DNA of 64,000 bases from Candidatus Bathyarchaeia archaeon (GCA_050015395.1 JBEKBM010000011.1:1-64000); one strand, 5' to 3'. Positions 18,184 to 28,160 are shown, counted from the stretch's first letter. The notes: generated by a model from the sequence alone, not told the origin. Made by a program: numbers and translations.

Positions 18184-19272
18184 TTACGTTACTTTGGGCG
18201 GATACCTGTGAACGTGACTATGCTTTCCCATCACCCATGATTCGCACCATGATTTATCAGCCAAAGCTCGTTCCGCCAGAAGTATGCAACGGTTTTCCTC
18301 GTGTATTTCAGCTTCTATTCGATAATTGTTCGCAGCCCTCAGAAAAGCCTCTTTGCCTTCAAAATCCAGTTCAGTAGCCGCTTTGGGGTCAAGTTGCTGC
18401 TGAGACAGCTTCAGCAGTGCTTCACCTTGGTTTTCTCCGCTTACTGCTGCCCAAAAAAAGTTGTTAGAAACCTCAAAGTTGCTGGTGCATGAAGCAAACC
18501 TGCTCTGTGCCTCTGAAAGTTTACCTCCTTGGAACATTTCTGCGCCCTCTCGAAGAAGCTGCAAATCAGAAATTGATAGAACACCCAAGTTTACTTTCAA
18601 GTCTTCTGTGACTGGACCATGAGAGCGGCGCGTCTGCAGTTGATTTAAGTCTTCTTTAAAGTTAATGTTGATGAAGCTTTTGAGTTCTGGGTCAAGCGTT
18701 TTGATGTGGTTCACTGGGGAAGCAAACAGTATTTTGGAGGCGCCTCGTGGTATATCGTCTGAGCGTGGCCGCTTCAACTTGCACAGTGTGTCAGTGATTT
18801 CTAAGCCACTATGCCTTTCAAGCACCATTATGAGGGTTTCAAGCCTGCCGTTAGGCCACATTGGAATAACCACCTGAAAACCTTCCGCCTCATTAAACAG
18901 GTAATCAGCAACAGCTGGTTGCAGAAAGGGCATGTCACAGGGCAAAGTAAGACAATAATCAGATTGAACCGATTTCAACCCAGACATAATTGCCACAGTA
19001 GGACCACTGACATGATTATTTTTTTCGTCAATAACTATCTTGATGTCTGTTTGAGCATATTTTTTTAGGATTTGAGCGTATTTTGCTTTCCGTTCCTCAT
19101 CGTTTACGGATATTGCAATTTCATCAACAACGCCTTGAACGTTTTCAACAGCGTGAATCAAAAGTGGCTTTCCTGAAAGCTTGGCGAGGGCTTTGTCTTG
19201 CCATTTTTTGCCCCTCGACTGGAACCTGCGGCCTTTTCCTCCTGCCAGTATGAGTGCAGCCCGTTTGGTCAT
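18184..19272 (-). CDS. mobA: Molybdenum cofactor guanylyltransferase with C-terminal helical extension
   Basis: ILAGGKGRRF, DKAL, PCDMPF, SFININ; roughly 140 extra C-terminal residues. Confidence 0.9.
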   Translation of the reverse strand: MTKRAALILAGGKGRRFQSRGKKWQDKALAKLSGKPLLIHAVENVQGVVDEIAISVNDEERKAKYAQILKKYAQTDIKIVIDEKNNHVSGPTVAIMSGLKSVQSDYCLTLPCDMPFLQPAVADYLFNEAEGFQVVIPMWPNGRLETLIMVLERHSGLEITDTLCKLKRPRSDDIPRGASKILFASPVNHIKTLDPELKSFININFKEDLNQLQTRRSHGPVTEDLKVNLGVLSISDLQLLREGAEMFQGGKLSEAQSRFASCTSNFEVSNNFFWAAVSGENQGEALLKLSQQQLDPKAATELDFEGKEAFLRAANNYRIEAEIHEENRCILLAERALADKSWCESWVMGKHSHVHRYPPKVT

Positions 19273-19283
19273 TGCGTCTTTCC

Positions 19284-19883
19284 TCAGTTAACAGTTTTTG
19301 CTGGGTTTGCTCTGTGCTTTTCTAATTGTTTTTTGACTAGTTCTACGAGTTTTTGCCCGTCTTCGGGAACCTTAATTATTGGTATGTTGGTGTAGGTTGG
19401 GTTGCTTGTGTTTTGGGCTATTATGCCTGCAATCGCTAAGATCGGCGGAACCGTACCTTCTAAAGTCTGTTCGAGGCCATTTTGGTCTTTTGCAGTAATA
19501 ATCTTTGGTACGTCTTGCCTTTTAGCGATTAAACTGTGGAAGCCTTCAATGAAAACAACATCTAATTTTTCTTGTTCAAGTAGAGCGATTATTTTGTCTA
19601 AATCGTTGAGCGCCATCTGGGTTTTCTTAATGATGTCTATTTCGTCAGGTGAAATCGCCACAATTACTTTGGCGCCTGCTTTAGCATATCTCCAAGTGTT
19701 AGTGCCCTCCTTGTCCATCGTAAAGCCCTTGTGATGCACGTGCTTTATTGAGCCGATTTTGTAGCCTTCGGCTGAGAGGTGAGAAATCAGGTATTCTAAG
19801 GTTACTGTTTTTCCTGAACCGCTTACGCCGACCGCGGCAATAACTAAAACCGTACCGAGTTCACGCTCCTGTTTGAAAATCAA
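19284..19883 (-). CDS. mobB: Molybdopterin-guanine dinucleotide biosynthesis protein B
   Basis: GVSGSGKT, IKHVHH, DKEGTNTWR, IEGF; true start probably slightly downstream. Confidence 0.92.
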   Translation of the reverse strand: MIFKQERELGTVLVIAAVGVSGSGKTVTLEYLISHLSAEGYKIGSIKHVHHKGFTMDKEGTNTWRYAKAGAKVIVAISPDEIDIIKKTQMALNDLDKIIALLEQEKLDVVFIEGFHSLIAKRQDVPKIITAKDQNGLEQTLEGTVPPILAIAGIIAQNTSNPTYTNIPIIKVPEDGQKLVELVKKQLEKHRANPAKTVN

Positions 19884-19903
19884 TTCGCTTGGCTTTATAA
19901 ATT

Positions 19904-20491
19904 GTGCCTCAGTTTTTTGTTTTATGCATTAAACAATATATGGCTCATTTACCGTACAAGCTTGATAGGTGCAAGCATTTGCCTAAACTTGTTGCGGTTG
20001 TCGGGGGGAAGCATTCGGGAAAAACCACGGTGATTGAGCATTTAACAATGGAGCTTAAACGTCGCGGTTACCATGTTGGAGCAATCAAAGAGATGGTTCG
20101 CATCGCAACTTTGGATACGCCCGCCACTGAAACCGACAGGTACAGAGATGCAGGAGCAGAAATAATAGTTGCTATCCCAAGAAACGAAACCGTAATTTTC
20201 CTTAAAAAAAGGCTCAGTTTAAAAGAGGTTTTGCCCTTCCTTAAAGAGTTAGATTACGTTATTTTAGAGGGCTTTGAATCAGAGAAAAACCTGCCGAAAA
20301 TTATCGCGGCAAAAACCGCTGAAGAAGCCAAGAGCTACTATGATGATTCAGCCATTGCGATTTCAGGCATAATAACGGAATCAGAAACGGAAATCAAGAA
20401 AATTTTCAGCATGAAAATTCCGAAGTTTAAGAGTTTAACGGAAACTAGAGAATTCGCTGATTTGGTTGAGCAAAAAGCTAAAACAGCTTAA
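19904..20491 (+). CDS. mobB: Second MobB paralog, divergently transcribed
   Basis: GGKHSGKTT, LDTPATETDR, ILEGF, PKI; true start probably TTG near 19979. Confidence 0.85.
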   Translation: MPQFFVLCIKQYMAHLPYKLDRCKHLPKLVAVVGGKHSGKTTVIEHLTMELKRRGYHVGAIKEMVRIATLDTPATETDRYRDAGAEIIVAIPRNETVIFLKKRLSLKEVLPFLKELDYVILEGFESEKNLPKIIAAKTAEEAKSYYDDSAIAISGIITESETEIKKIFSMKIPKFKSLTETREFADLVEQKAKTA

Positions 20492-20513
20492 GGAAATTTG
20501 GGCAACTGGTGAA

Positions 20514-21017
20514 TTAGCTTACTTGGATTGTTACTATGCCTTCGATCCACCTTTGCGCGTACTGATCATTGCCTATGATAAGCCGAAATGGTCCTTCGCC
20601 GCCGTTTTTGAGGGCTGTCAAGAGTTTGCCGTCTTTCTGGTAAGCAATTATGGTGTTTTGTCTCATTGCATCTTGCATTGAAATGGTAGTTCCGTAACCA
20701 TCTGAAGCTTGAATGTAAACTGAAGTGGCATTTGACGATACATGGGCTTGTTCCAGCAGTGTTCCAAGCGAAACGCCCGTGTAGTTGAAGACGCCGTTAC
20801 CTGAAGGTTGACCGCTTGACGATAAGGTAACTTGAACAGTCACTGGCGTGAACGTTTGAAGTTGGCTTAAAGTAACGTTCAAAGGATTGCTTACTTGTCC
20901 CTTGATTTGAAGGGTTCCTTCCTGTACCGCAGCTGGCCGCGTATAAAAATAGAGGGGAACTGCTGCCGCAACTAAAACAATAATCAATGCCAGAGAGATT
21001 TTTTTATTTTTGTTCAA
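20514..21017 (-). CDS. Membrane-anchored sulfite-oxidase-like molybdopterin-binding-fold protein
   Basis: N-terminal TM; LQIKGQV, YTGVSLGTLL, ASDGY, GPFRLII, RWIEGI. Confidence 0.8.
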   Translation of the reverse strand: MNKNKKISLALIIVLVAAAVPLYFYTRPAAVQEGTLQIKGQVSNPLNVTLSQLQTFTPVTVQVTLSSSGQPSGNGVFNYTGVSLGTLLEQAHVSSNATSVYIQASDGYGTTISMQDAMRQNTIIAYQKDGKLLTALKNGGEGPFRLIIGNDQYAQRWIEGIVTIQVS

Positions 21018-21588
21018 TGTTTATTTTTCCTCCGAAACCGATTTTTCCTATTCTAACGAGGAGCATGTTTGCGATGAATCCGCCTATGCAGCCGCTTATT
21101 GCCGCAACAACAGCCAAAAACGACAACACAACCGTTGGTAATACGAGGACTAAAGTGCCGACTAAAATGGTTCCCACGACGTTAGCAATTGCAGATGCCC
21201 CCATACAACAAACCGCACAGCAGGCTTTGTGTCTTGAGAGTAGGAAGAAAGCGTCTATGGCTAAGCCAGGCCCGAGGTAAATAACGAATGATAGGAGTCC
21301 AAAGTTGCCGAATGGCATAAGCAGGCTTATGAAGGCTTGAGTGAGCGAGGTCATTGAGGCAGCGCCGATTTTGCGTACGAAGCCGAATGCCATTACTGGC
21401 CACATCATGTACACTCCTCCTGCTACTGCTCCAGTAGGAATATAGAGAGGTCCAGTTATGGCAGCGACTAAGGGGTGAATTATGTTTTTTGTTGCTAAGC
21501 CCAAACTTGCGAATAATGCCATTAGGACTAGGTCTGTGGTTGCTATTTTTAGGGTGCCTTTGTGCATGTTTTGGATTTCAGGGTTCAT
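21004..21588 (-). CDS. ECF-transporter S-component-like membrane protein
   Basis: About six hydrophobic segments, TTDLVLMALFASLG start, GAASMTSLTQAFIS; likely start ATG 21588. Confidence 0.7.
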   Translation of the reverse strand: MNPEIQNMHKGTLKIATTDLVLMALFASLGLATKNIIHPLVAAITGPLYIPTGAVAGGVYMMWPVMAFGFVRKIGAASMTSLTQAFISLLMPFGNFGLLSFVIYLGPGLAIDAFFLLSRHKACCAVCCMGASAIANVVGTILVGTLVLVLPTVVLSFLAVVAAISGCIGGFIANMLLVRIGKIGFGGKINIEQK

Positions 21589-21596
21589 GCTTAACT

Positions 21597-21622
21597 CCGA
21601 TGTTATCACTTTGTAACATCGG
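21597..21622. promoter_or_regulatory. Inverted-repeat operator between TATA box and start of the S-component gene
   Basis: CCGATGTTA-N8-TAACATCGG, adjacent to TTTATTTTA on the minus strand; ModE-like regulator gene immediately upstream. Confidence 0.7.
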
Positions 21623-21688
21623 TAAAATAAACCTTATGATAGGCTAAAAATTCAAATCCAAATTAAGCTAAAAGGCTCTCCCCTGCAT

Positions 21689-22084
21689 TCACGGAAGCTC
21701 TTTCAAAACAACATCAAGCTTAGCCTGAGCCCTCCTATACCGCACAACTAACTCTTTCCCGAAATCTGTAACCTCAGATGATCCGCCGCCCTTCGCTCCA
21801 CCACGAACTCGTATAACCAGCAATTGCCCAAGCCGTTCCTCTGCCAAAGTAATCCGGTGCAATGCGTACCGATAAGACATGCTCAAATGCTTTGCAGCCG
21901 CCAATATCGAGTGATACTTATCAATCTCTTCTATCAATTCAGCTAAACCGTCGCCGAAGACTGCTTCTTTCTTTTCGTTAATCATCCAAAGCTTGATCTT
22001 GTAACCAAGAGTACCCATGATTAGCCACCACTGGTTACTTAGGGACTTAGAAGAATTAAGTTTAGCGTTTTCACTTAGTCTCAA
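21689..22084 (-). CDS. ModE-type winged-helix regulator (no TOBE domains)
   Basis: VFGDG, SILAAAKHLSMSYRYA, RGGAKGGGSSEVT; likely start at MGTLG. Confidence 0.9.
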   Translation of the reverse strand: MRLSENAKLNSSKSLSNQWWLIMGTLGYKIKLWMINEKKEAVFGDGLAELIEEIDKYHSILAAAKHLSMSYRYALHRITLAEERLGQLLVIRVRGGAKGGGSSEVTDFGKELVVRYRRAQAKLDVVLKELP

Positions 22085-22185
22085 CTCGCTAACAAAAAAT
22101 CAATTACCATTTAATATCCCGTGAGAGAACATATAGTTAACTGTAAAATTGAGAAGTATAAGAAAAAATCACAAGACCTACAACA

Positions 22186-23205
22186 TTACGCTTCTATGAC
22201 TTTCGCGTTTTTTAGAACATTAACGTTCCCATTGCCTTTAGTTACATAACCCACTTCAAAATGCTTAACCTTACGCTTATCCAACTCATCCAGCAAAGCA
22301 TCGGTATCTTCTTTAGCTAATGCGATCAGCATTCCACCTGCAGTTTCTTTTGCTTCACCCTGCAACAATGGGTAACCGAAAAGCTCAGCCAAAACTGGCG
22401 TTCCACGAATCACCGTCAACTGGTTAATCACGATGTCAACTTTGCCCAGAACCGCCATGTTTCCAGCATGACCTTTAAGACCAAAGCCTGTCACATCAGT
22501 TGATGCATGAACCGGAACTTGCTGCATGGCTTCAGCAACAGGCTTATTAGAACTAATCATTCCATCAATGGCTTCATTAACAGCCGCTTCAACCAGTTCT
22601 TCTGGAACCTCTCTGAGCAGTTCTCGTCCTTCATCCTCTTTTCTAAGTCTATACGCAGCCATCGCAGGCGCAATCCCCAAAGGCTTAGTCAAAAACAAGC
22701 GGTCACCAACTTTGGCTCCACGAGTATAAACGATGTTTTCGGGATCACCAACACCAGTCGCTGCCCCACCAATAATTGGCCAAGGATTCCGAATCGTGTG
22801 ACCGCCCAAAACAGGTGCATCCATTTCGCGGCAGAAATCCCCAAAACCCTTCAACATACCCACAGCTAACTCGTCAGGCATGTTCTCGGGAAACGCCATA
22901 ATCGACAAAACACTAACAATCTTGGTAACCGCCAAAGCGTAAATGTCACTTGTCACGTTGCTTCCAGCAATTCTGCCTTGAATTTCAGGTTCATCAACCA
23001 TTGGGGTGAAAAAATCAAGCGTATTCAAGACAGCAATTCCATCAGCGATTTTAACAACGCTGGAGTTCTCCCAAGGACCAGCCAACACATCCTCGCCGAA
23101 ATCAGCCGTCAAACCAGCTTTATCCAACAATTCGCCTAACTGGTACTGTGGAAGCTTGCAACTGCAACCATGCACTGGAACAACTTTAGTTAACCTATAA
23201 CCCAA
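22186..23205 (-). CDS. selD: Selenophosphate synthetase SelD (Cys form) or SelD-like protein
   Basis: GCSCKL, TLDFFTP, SDIYA, GGHT, LTKPLG, TDVTGFGL, ETAGGML. Confidence 0.92.
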   Translation of the reverse strand: MGYRLTKVVPVHGCSCKLPQYQLGELLDKAGLTADFGEDVLAGPWENSSVVKIADGIAVLNTLDFFTPMVDEPEIQGRIAGSNVTSDIYALAVTKIVSVLSIMAFPENMPDELAVGMLKGFGDFCREMDAPVLGGHTIRNPWPIIGGAATGVGDPENIVYTRGAKVGDRLFLTKPLGIAPAMAAYRLRKEDEGRELLREVPEELVEAAVNEAIDGMISSNKPVAEAMQQVPVHASTDVTGFGLKGHAGNMAVLGKVDIVINQLTVIRGTPVLAELFGYPLLQGEAKETAGGMLIALAKEDTDALLDELDKRKVKHFEVGYVTKGNGNVNVLKNAKVIEA

Positions 23206-23251
23206 CTTGTATTTCCTCCTAAACTTCGGTCCTCAGTTTTCTCATATAGGC

Positions 23252-23476
23252 TTAATGTTTTTTTATCATTATTCGAAACTCATTCTCTGATTTGGACGCT
23301 TCAACCACTTCATGCCCATTATTTTTTACCCAACGCTGAATATTCTCAAACTCCAATTCCCCCTCACCCGCAACCTCAAGCAACTGCCCAGAAGCCATGT
23401 TTTCGAGCTTACGCTTTGTAAACGCTACAGGCATGGGGCACATTTTTCCCTTAACATCCAATCTTTCAATGTCCAA
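23252..23476 (-). CDS. tusA: TusA/SirA-family sulfur carrier
   Basis: LDVKGKMCPMP motif. Confidence 0.92.
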   Translation of the reverse strand: MDIERLDVKGKMCPMPVAFTKRKLENMASGQLLEVAGEGELEFENIQRWVKNNGHEVVEASKSENEFRIMIKKH

Positions 23477-23485
23477 AAATTGTCA

Positions 23486-23851
23486 CTAGAAAACTATTAC
23501 CTTGTCACTATTAACTGTCCACTCAACAAGCTCATGAACAGTCGCAATTTTCACCCCATCAATTAAATCCGTTTGGGTTAAACCACGTGCTTCAACGCAG
23601 ACCACGCAGGCTTTCACTTCAGCGCCGCCTTTGATTAGGTCCTCTAGGGTTTGCCCATAATTGGTTAAGCCTGAAGCAGGTTTTTGCCCCTTTTTTGCAA
23701 GGTACACGCCGTTTTCAAACAACCAAATTCTTACTTTATGTCCTTCTACGTCACAAGTCCAAGCGAATCTTAAAGCTGAGAGGGCGCGTTCTTTTGCGTA
23801 TGGTGCTTCATTTATTATTAATGTGAAGGTTACCAAATTATTCAACCTCAA
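23486..23851 (-). CDS. DsrE/TusD-family protein
   Basis: APYAKE, ALRFA, FENGV, ACVVCVEARG. Confidence 0.9.
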   Translation of the reverse strand: MRLNNLVTFTLIINEAPYAKERALSALRFAWTCDVEGHKVRIWLFENGVYLAKKGQKPASGLTNYGQTLEDLIKGGAEVKACVVCVEARGLTQTDLIDGVKIATVHELVEWTVNSDKVIVF

Positions 23852-23972
23852 GTTTCCTAATAATATTTATTCAAAAAACTAATATAAGCGTTTTCCAAAC
23901 AAAAAACAAATAACATATAAACATTTCAAAGAAGCATTACTAACAAGGTACAAAAGGAGTTCTATTAAGCGC

Positions 23973-24905
23973 ATGGAAACCATAAGGTTCGATTACCTCA
24001 AAACATTCCTCACAGTAGCCAGAACACACAGCTTCTCAACAGCAGCCAAAGAATTAGGAACAAGCCAAGGCACAGTAAGCCACCACATAGCAGCATTAGA
24101 GGAATATTTTGACGCTGAACTATTCAAGCGCACAGCCAGCGGCGTAGAAGTTACCGAAGCAGGGGCAACCTTGAAGGAAAGCACAGAAAAAATACTCGAA
24201 GAAGCCCAAAATGCTAAAATCAAAATATCCTCAGCTAAACACAATTTGGCAGGGACAATAAAGATTGTCGCAAGCACAATACCAGAAGAACACATAATTC
24301 CCAGCTTAATTGCTGGATTCCAAAAAAAGCATCCTGATGTAAGATTCAAAATAAAAGCGCAGGACAGCATAACAAGCCTTCAAAGTCTACAAGCCAACGA
24401 TGCAGATTTTGCAGCTGTAGGAACAATATTAGGTTACGAAGAAAAATTCGAGGCGGTCCAAATAGGCGAAGAAGAACTGGTACTAATTGTACCGTGCAAT
24501 CACGAATTAGCCAATCATAAATCTGTCAAGCTAAATGAAATCAAAAAGTATCCATTCATCAACCGGGAAGAAACATCTGGCACAAGAAAGGAAATAGAAA
24601 AAATATTTGAAAACAATGGTATCTCAATATCGCAATTGAAGCTGGCATTGGAGTTGGGAAGCACCGAATCAGTAATGACAGCCGTCTCAGAAGGCAGAGG
24701 AATAAGTGTTATTTCTTCGATAGCTGCGAAAAAAGCCCAAGCAGCAGGCTTAGCAAAAATAATCAAAATTGAAGAAGCAAAAAAGCAAAGAAAACTCTAC
24801 ATGGTAAGACCAAAAAGAACTCTTCTTAAAACGTGTGAGGTCTTCTGGGATTTTTGCAAAGAATATACCTTCAAAAACGCTGCTATTTCATGTCTAAAGG
24901 ATTAA
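23973..24905 (+). CDS. LysR-family transcriptional regulator
   Basis: SFSTAAKELGTSQGTVSHHIAALE HTH, ASTIPEEH, REETSGTR, LGSTES. Confidence 0.95.
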   Translation: METIRFDYLKTFLTVARTHSFSTAAKELGTSQGTVSHHIAALEEYFDAELFKRTASGVEVTEAGATLKESTEKILEEAQNAKIKISSAKHNLAGTIKIVASTIPEEHIIPSLIAGFQKKHPDVRFKIKAQDSITSLQSLQANDADFAAVGTILGYEEKFEAVQIGEEELVLIVPCNHELANHKSVKLNEIKKYPFINREETSGTRKEIEKIFENNGISISQLKLALELGSTESVMTAVSEGRGISVISSIAAKKAQAAGLAKIIKIEEAKKQRKLYMVRPKRTLLKTCEVFWDFCKEYTFKNAAISCLKD

Positions 24906-24956
24906 AGCTATTTCAATGGCATATCTTAAACGCAAGTAGATGGCTAGAGTTTACGA

Positions 24957-25343
24957 TTATGTTTCTTCTTCGAGCTGTATCCAAATTTTTCCTGACTTAA
25001 TTTTCAAATCATACTTTGTTAACTTAATGGATGGTTCATCTTGGTACTCGCCTGTTCTTAAGTCAAAATGCCAATCATGGCAAGGACAAACAATCAAGAA
25101 GCCCTCAAGGGTACCGCCTGAAAAAGCACAACCCATGTGTGGACAGCGGTTATCGATAGCGAAAATTTGACCAGACTGCTTAATCAGTAAAACTGGAGAA
25201 CCTTCAACCGACACAAGCTTCATTGCGCCTTCTTGCAGCTCTTTTTCTTCTAAAACAGGAACAAAATTATCCATCTTACCCAACTTCTGCCTCTGCCAGA
25301 TGTTACTCGTTAATTGTGAGATAAGTTTTGTGGCTTCTGCCAA
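24957..25343 (-). CDS. Rieske [2Fe-2S] ferredoxin
   Basis: CPHMG and CPCHDWHF motifs; probable start at MDNFVP. Confidence 0.92.
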   Translation of the reverse strand: MAEATKLISQLTSNIWQRQKLGKMDNFVPVLEEKELQEGAMKLVSVEGSPVLLIKQSGQIFAIDNRCPHMGCAFSGGTLEGFLIVCPCHDWHFDLRTGEYQDEPSIKLTKYDLKIKSGKIWIQLEEET

Positions 25344-25405
25344 TTACGTCGGAGAACTTGCCTTCGCCACATAGGGTTATTCCGCATTGGCTGTTTTGCA
25401 GGTCA

Positions 25406-27070
25406 TCATTTACTCCTGAACTTTAAAAAGTAAACTACTCCACCAGCCGCCATGGCAGCAACAAGCCCAGCAATAATAAAAAGAGAATATTTAACGTAGA
25501 GTGGCGGCGGGGTCACCGTTATCATTAACTGTTGGCTATAACAGCTGTAAGATGTTTGAGTTTCAGGACAAGTTGCAGTAACAGTCCACTGTCCAGAAGA
25601 GTCAGGTCGGAAACTTGCCACAAAAGTACCGTCACTGTTCACAGTGCAATTTATCGTTTGGGTAGAGTTGATGCTGTTGAACTGCACTTCAACTGTGGAA
25701 TTATTATCGTTTGGGGTTAGAACTCCGTTGATTGTGATGTTTTCGCCAAGGCGTATTTCATCTTTAACTGCTGTAATGTTAAGAGTTAATGGCTCCTTTA
25801 CGGTGTAGTTGCCTGATGCATACAAGCCATTTTCTAGAACATCAGTTGCGTTAATTTGGTATTGAACTAGTGTTCCTGCCGTTTGCCCTGGAATAGTAGC
25901 ATTGCATGTTTGGTTGCTGATATCCATGTTCATGGTATTAGTAGCGGTCCAATTGTTGGTGGTGTATGACAGTTGAGCCGACGCCAAATTAGTATTGTTT
26001 GAGGTGAAAGCGATTTCGGTTAGATTGCCTGGATAAACTCTTTCCGGAGTAGTTAAGGGCGTTAAGGTCTCATTTTCAAAATTAGTTTTCAACATAAATG
26101 TAATATTTCCTGAGCCTACTTCGCCGATAAGCACTAAATGGTAGAGATTTGGTCCAGCGTTAGGTGAAGTGTAATTTAGAGACATCGATTGACCCATGTA
26201 TTCGCAGCTTGCGTAGGCTACGCCTCTGTAGCCATTGGGTTCAAAGTTGTAGCCGCCGACTGAACCACTTAAGTTGCCATACAAGCCTGGTTCCCAAGCC
26301 AATGGAAAATTGTCTAAGCTTGGCGATTCAGCGTTATTCATTAAGTAGAGCCTAGCTTCATACATGTCTAGCGTATTTGGAACATTTATGTATAATTGAA
26401 CATATGACGCGTTGGTTTCGAACTCATAGGCCCAGTTTGTGTAGAAAGTTGAGTTACCGCCGTTTGTGCCTTCGACATAACTTGTGTACCACTGGTCGCA
26501 TTGGAGATTTTCAATTATCATAAAAGTAGCTTGTTGAGCACCTTTGCTGTCAACTGGATTATTGTTTATGACAAACGAGTAGTTGCCTGATTGCGTCGGC
26601 GTAAAAAGCGAGTCATTAACAGTTGTGCCTAAGTGTTCTGGAAGACCAGCTGATTGAGTGTGTGAACTCTCCAAGTTTCCCTGCGGGTCATAGACGTAGA
26701 CGTTGTAGTCTGTTTTTGCTACGGATGAGGTGTTTATGTACGCTCCATAAAAGTAAATATGATAGTTATGGCCTGCTTGAAGAGGGCAGATGATGGTCCA
26801 GTTTTCGCCGATCGCTATTTGCGAACTGTTAACTAGTACTGGGAACATTGGTTTTTCAACGTAAGTGCAGTTTCCTTCAGCATTGACGAAGTTATGTACG
26901 TAGTTTGTGTATTCTGAAGTTGTGGTTAATTGGATGGTGGAGGCTTGAGCCTGGATGGTGGAGGCTTGAGCCATGAATAATGGACTGAAAACTAAGACTA
27001 CGATTGTAATCAATGATAGGATTTTTGTTTGGGGGTTGATTTTCAGATGCATGGCTGAATCAGCTTGCAA
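25406..27070 (-). CDS. Secreted, C-terminally membrane-anchored protein with Ig-like domains
   Basis: N-terminal signal, N/T-rich beta sequence, C-terminal TM plus KFRSK; internal AQASTIQ duplication. Confidence 0.8.
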   Translation of the reverse strand: MQADSAMHLKINPQTKILSLITIVVLVFSPLFMAQASTIQAQASTIQLTTTSEYTNYVHNFVNAEGNCTYVEKPMFPVLVNSSQIAIGENWTIICPLQAGHNYHIYFYGAYINTSSVAKTDYNVYVYDPQGNLESSHTQSAGLPEHLGTTVNDSLFTPTQSGNYSFVINNNPVDSKGAQQATFMIIENLQCDQWYTSYVEGTNGGNSTFYTNWAYEFETNASYVQLYINVPNTLDMYEARLYLMNNAESPSLDNFPLAWEPGLYGNLSGSVGGYNFEPNGYRGVAYASCEYMGQSMSLNYTSPNAGPNLYHLVLIGEVGSGNITFMLKTNFENETLTPLTTPERVYPGNLTEIAFTSNNTNLASAQLSYTTNNWTATNTMNMDISNQTCNATIPGQTAGTLVQYQINATDVLENGLYASGNYTVKEPLTLNITAVKDEIRLGENITINGVLTPNDNNSTVEVQFNSINSTQTINCTVNSDGTFVASFRPDSSGQWTVTATCPETQTSYSCYSQQLMITVTPPPLYVKYSLFIIAGLVAAMAAGGVVYFLKFRSK

Positions 27071-27383
27071 ACGTTATGTATTGCGGGCGCTTGACATATT
27101 GGTTATGAAGGCGGAATCTGTATTTTCAAGACAGGATTTTGAATCCGAAAATAGTTTCTGTTTCAGAGCCAAATTGGTGGCTGATTTTTTTTTAAAAAAA
27201 TGTTTAAAGTTTCCTTAAAAAACTTTTTTGAAATTCTGCTTATGTATTTCTGGGCATTATTGTTTTTTGTTGTTGAATTGGTTTTCTTGTTTTTTTTAAT
27301 AATGATAGTGTATATTGAGTCTTGCTACGGAAGATATTTATAAGGAATTGTGCGTTCTCTTTGTTACAGGTGAAAAATAAACA

Positions 27384-27971
27384 ATGATCCGACTCTTAAA
27401 AAACCATTACGCACTTGCCACAGTAATAACTACACTCATAATCCTAGTAGTATCAATATTGCTTGCAGGTGTTTTAACTTACTTTGCCATAAATGTAGTC
27501 AGCACCAGGGTTCAACAGGAAAGTCTTCAGCTTTCAGACCAGCACATTTGGATTACCTCAGCCGGTGTCGCTGAAGGTGCGATTATGATAAAGAACACTG
27601 GCGGACGCGACGTCGTCATTAGCCAGATCCAAGTGCGTGGACAACCATGCGGCCAAATATACGATCTAATAGCAGCCACAGAGGATAAAGGCTTAACTGA
27701 GGACTTACAATACATAGTCCCAACAGAAGTCCCAGGCTCACCAGCAACATATAACTTAGATAATGCTGCCGTTACTGATTTTACAGCCACTCTACCAGCA
27801 GCTCCAGCCACAGGTAACTTCGTGTTATCTTCCGGCGGCACTATGGTTGTTTACATCATTCAACCAGACAGTGTTAGCCTCAACGACATCGGCTTAACTG
27901 TTGGTTTCACAGTCTTCACGGCACAAGCAATTTACTACACAGAGACAAACGTTCAAGCAACAACAGGTTAA
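27384..27971 (+). CDS. Archaeal pilin/archaellin-like protein 1
   Basis: Class III signal KNHYA/LATVITTLIILVVSILLAG; KNTGGRD. Confidence 0.88.
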   Translation: MIRLLKNHYALATVITTLIILVVSILLAGVLTYFAINVVSTRVQQESLQLSDQHIWITSAGVAEGAIMIKNTGGRDVVISQIQVRGQPCGQIYDLIAATEDKGLTEDLQYIVPTEVPGSPATYNLDNAAVTDFTATLPAAPATGNFVLSSGGTMVVYIIQPDSVSLNDIGLTVGFTVFTAQAIYYTETNVQATTG

Positions 27972-28160
27972 GATTAAATAACCTTAAGAGTATCTACCCC
28001 TCCTCCCCCTTATTCTTTCTATTTTAAGAAAAAATATTTTAAGAAAAATTGTTCTTTTTGCTTTCTTTTCTGTAACTTTTTAGATGCGTATTTTTTTTTA
28101 CGCACAAGTTTACTTATCCAGAAATCGCGTAATGGTTTTTTCAGGAGATTTAAAAATAAA

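Noticed and set aside
8342-23851. Selenocysteine read-through in fwdB, fdhD, selD or dsrE
   Set aside because: All frames are uninterrupted, with Cys codons or no Cys at the relevant sites; no in-frame TGA seen
26932-26972. 21-bp tandem duplication (AQASTIQ twice)
   Set aside because: Simple in-frame slippage near a signal peptide; no wider pattern
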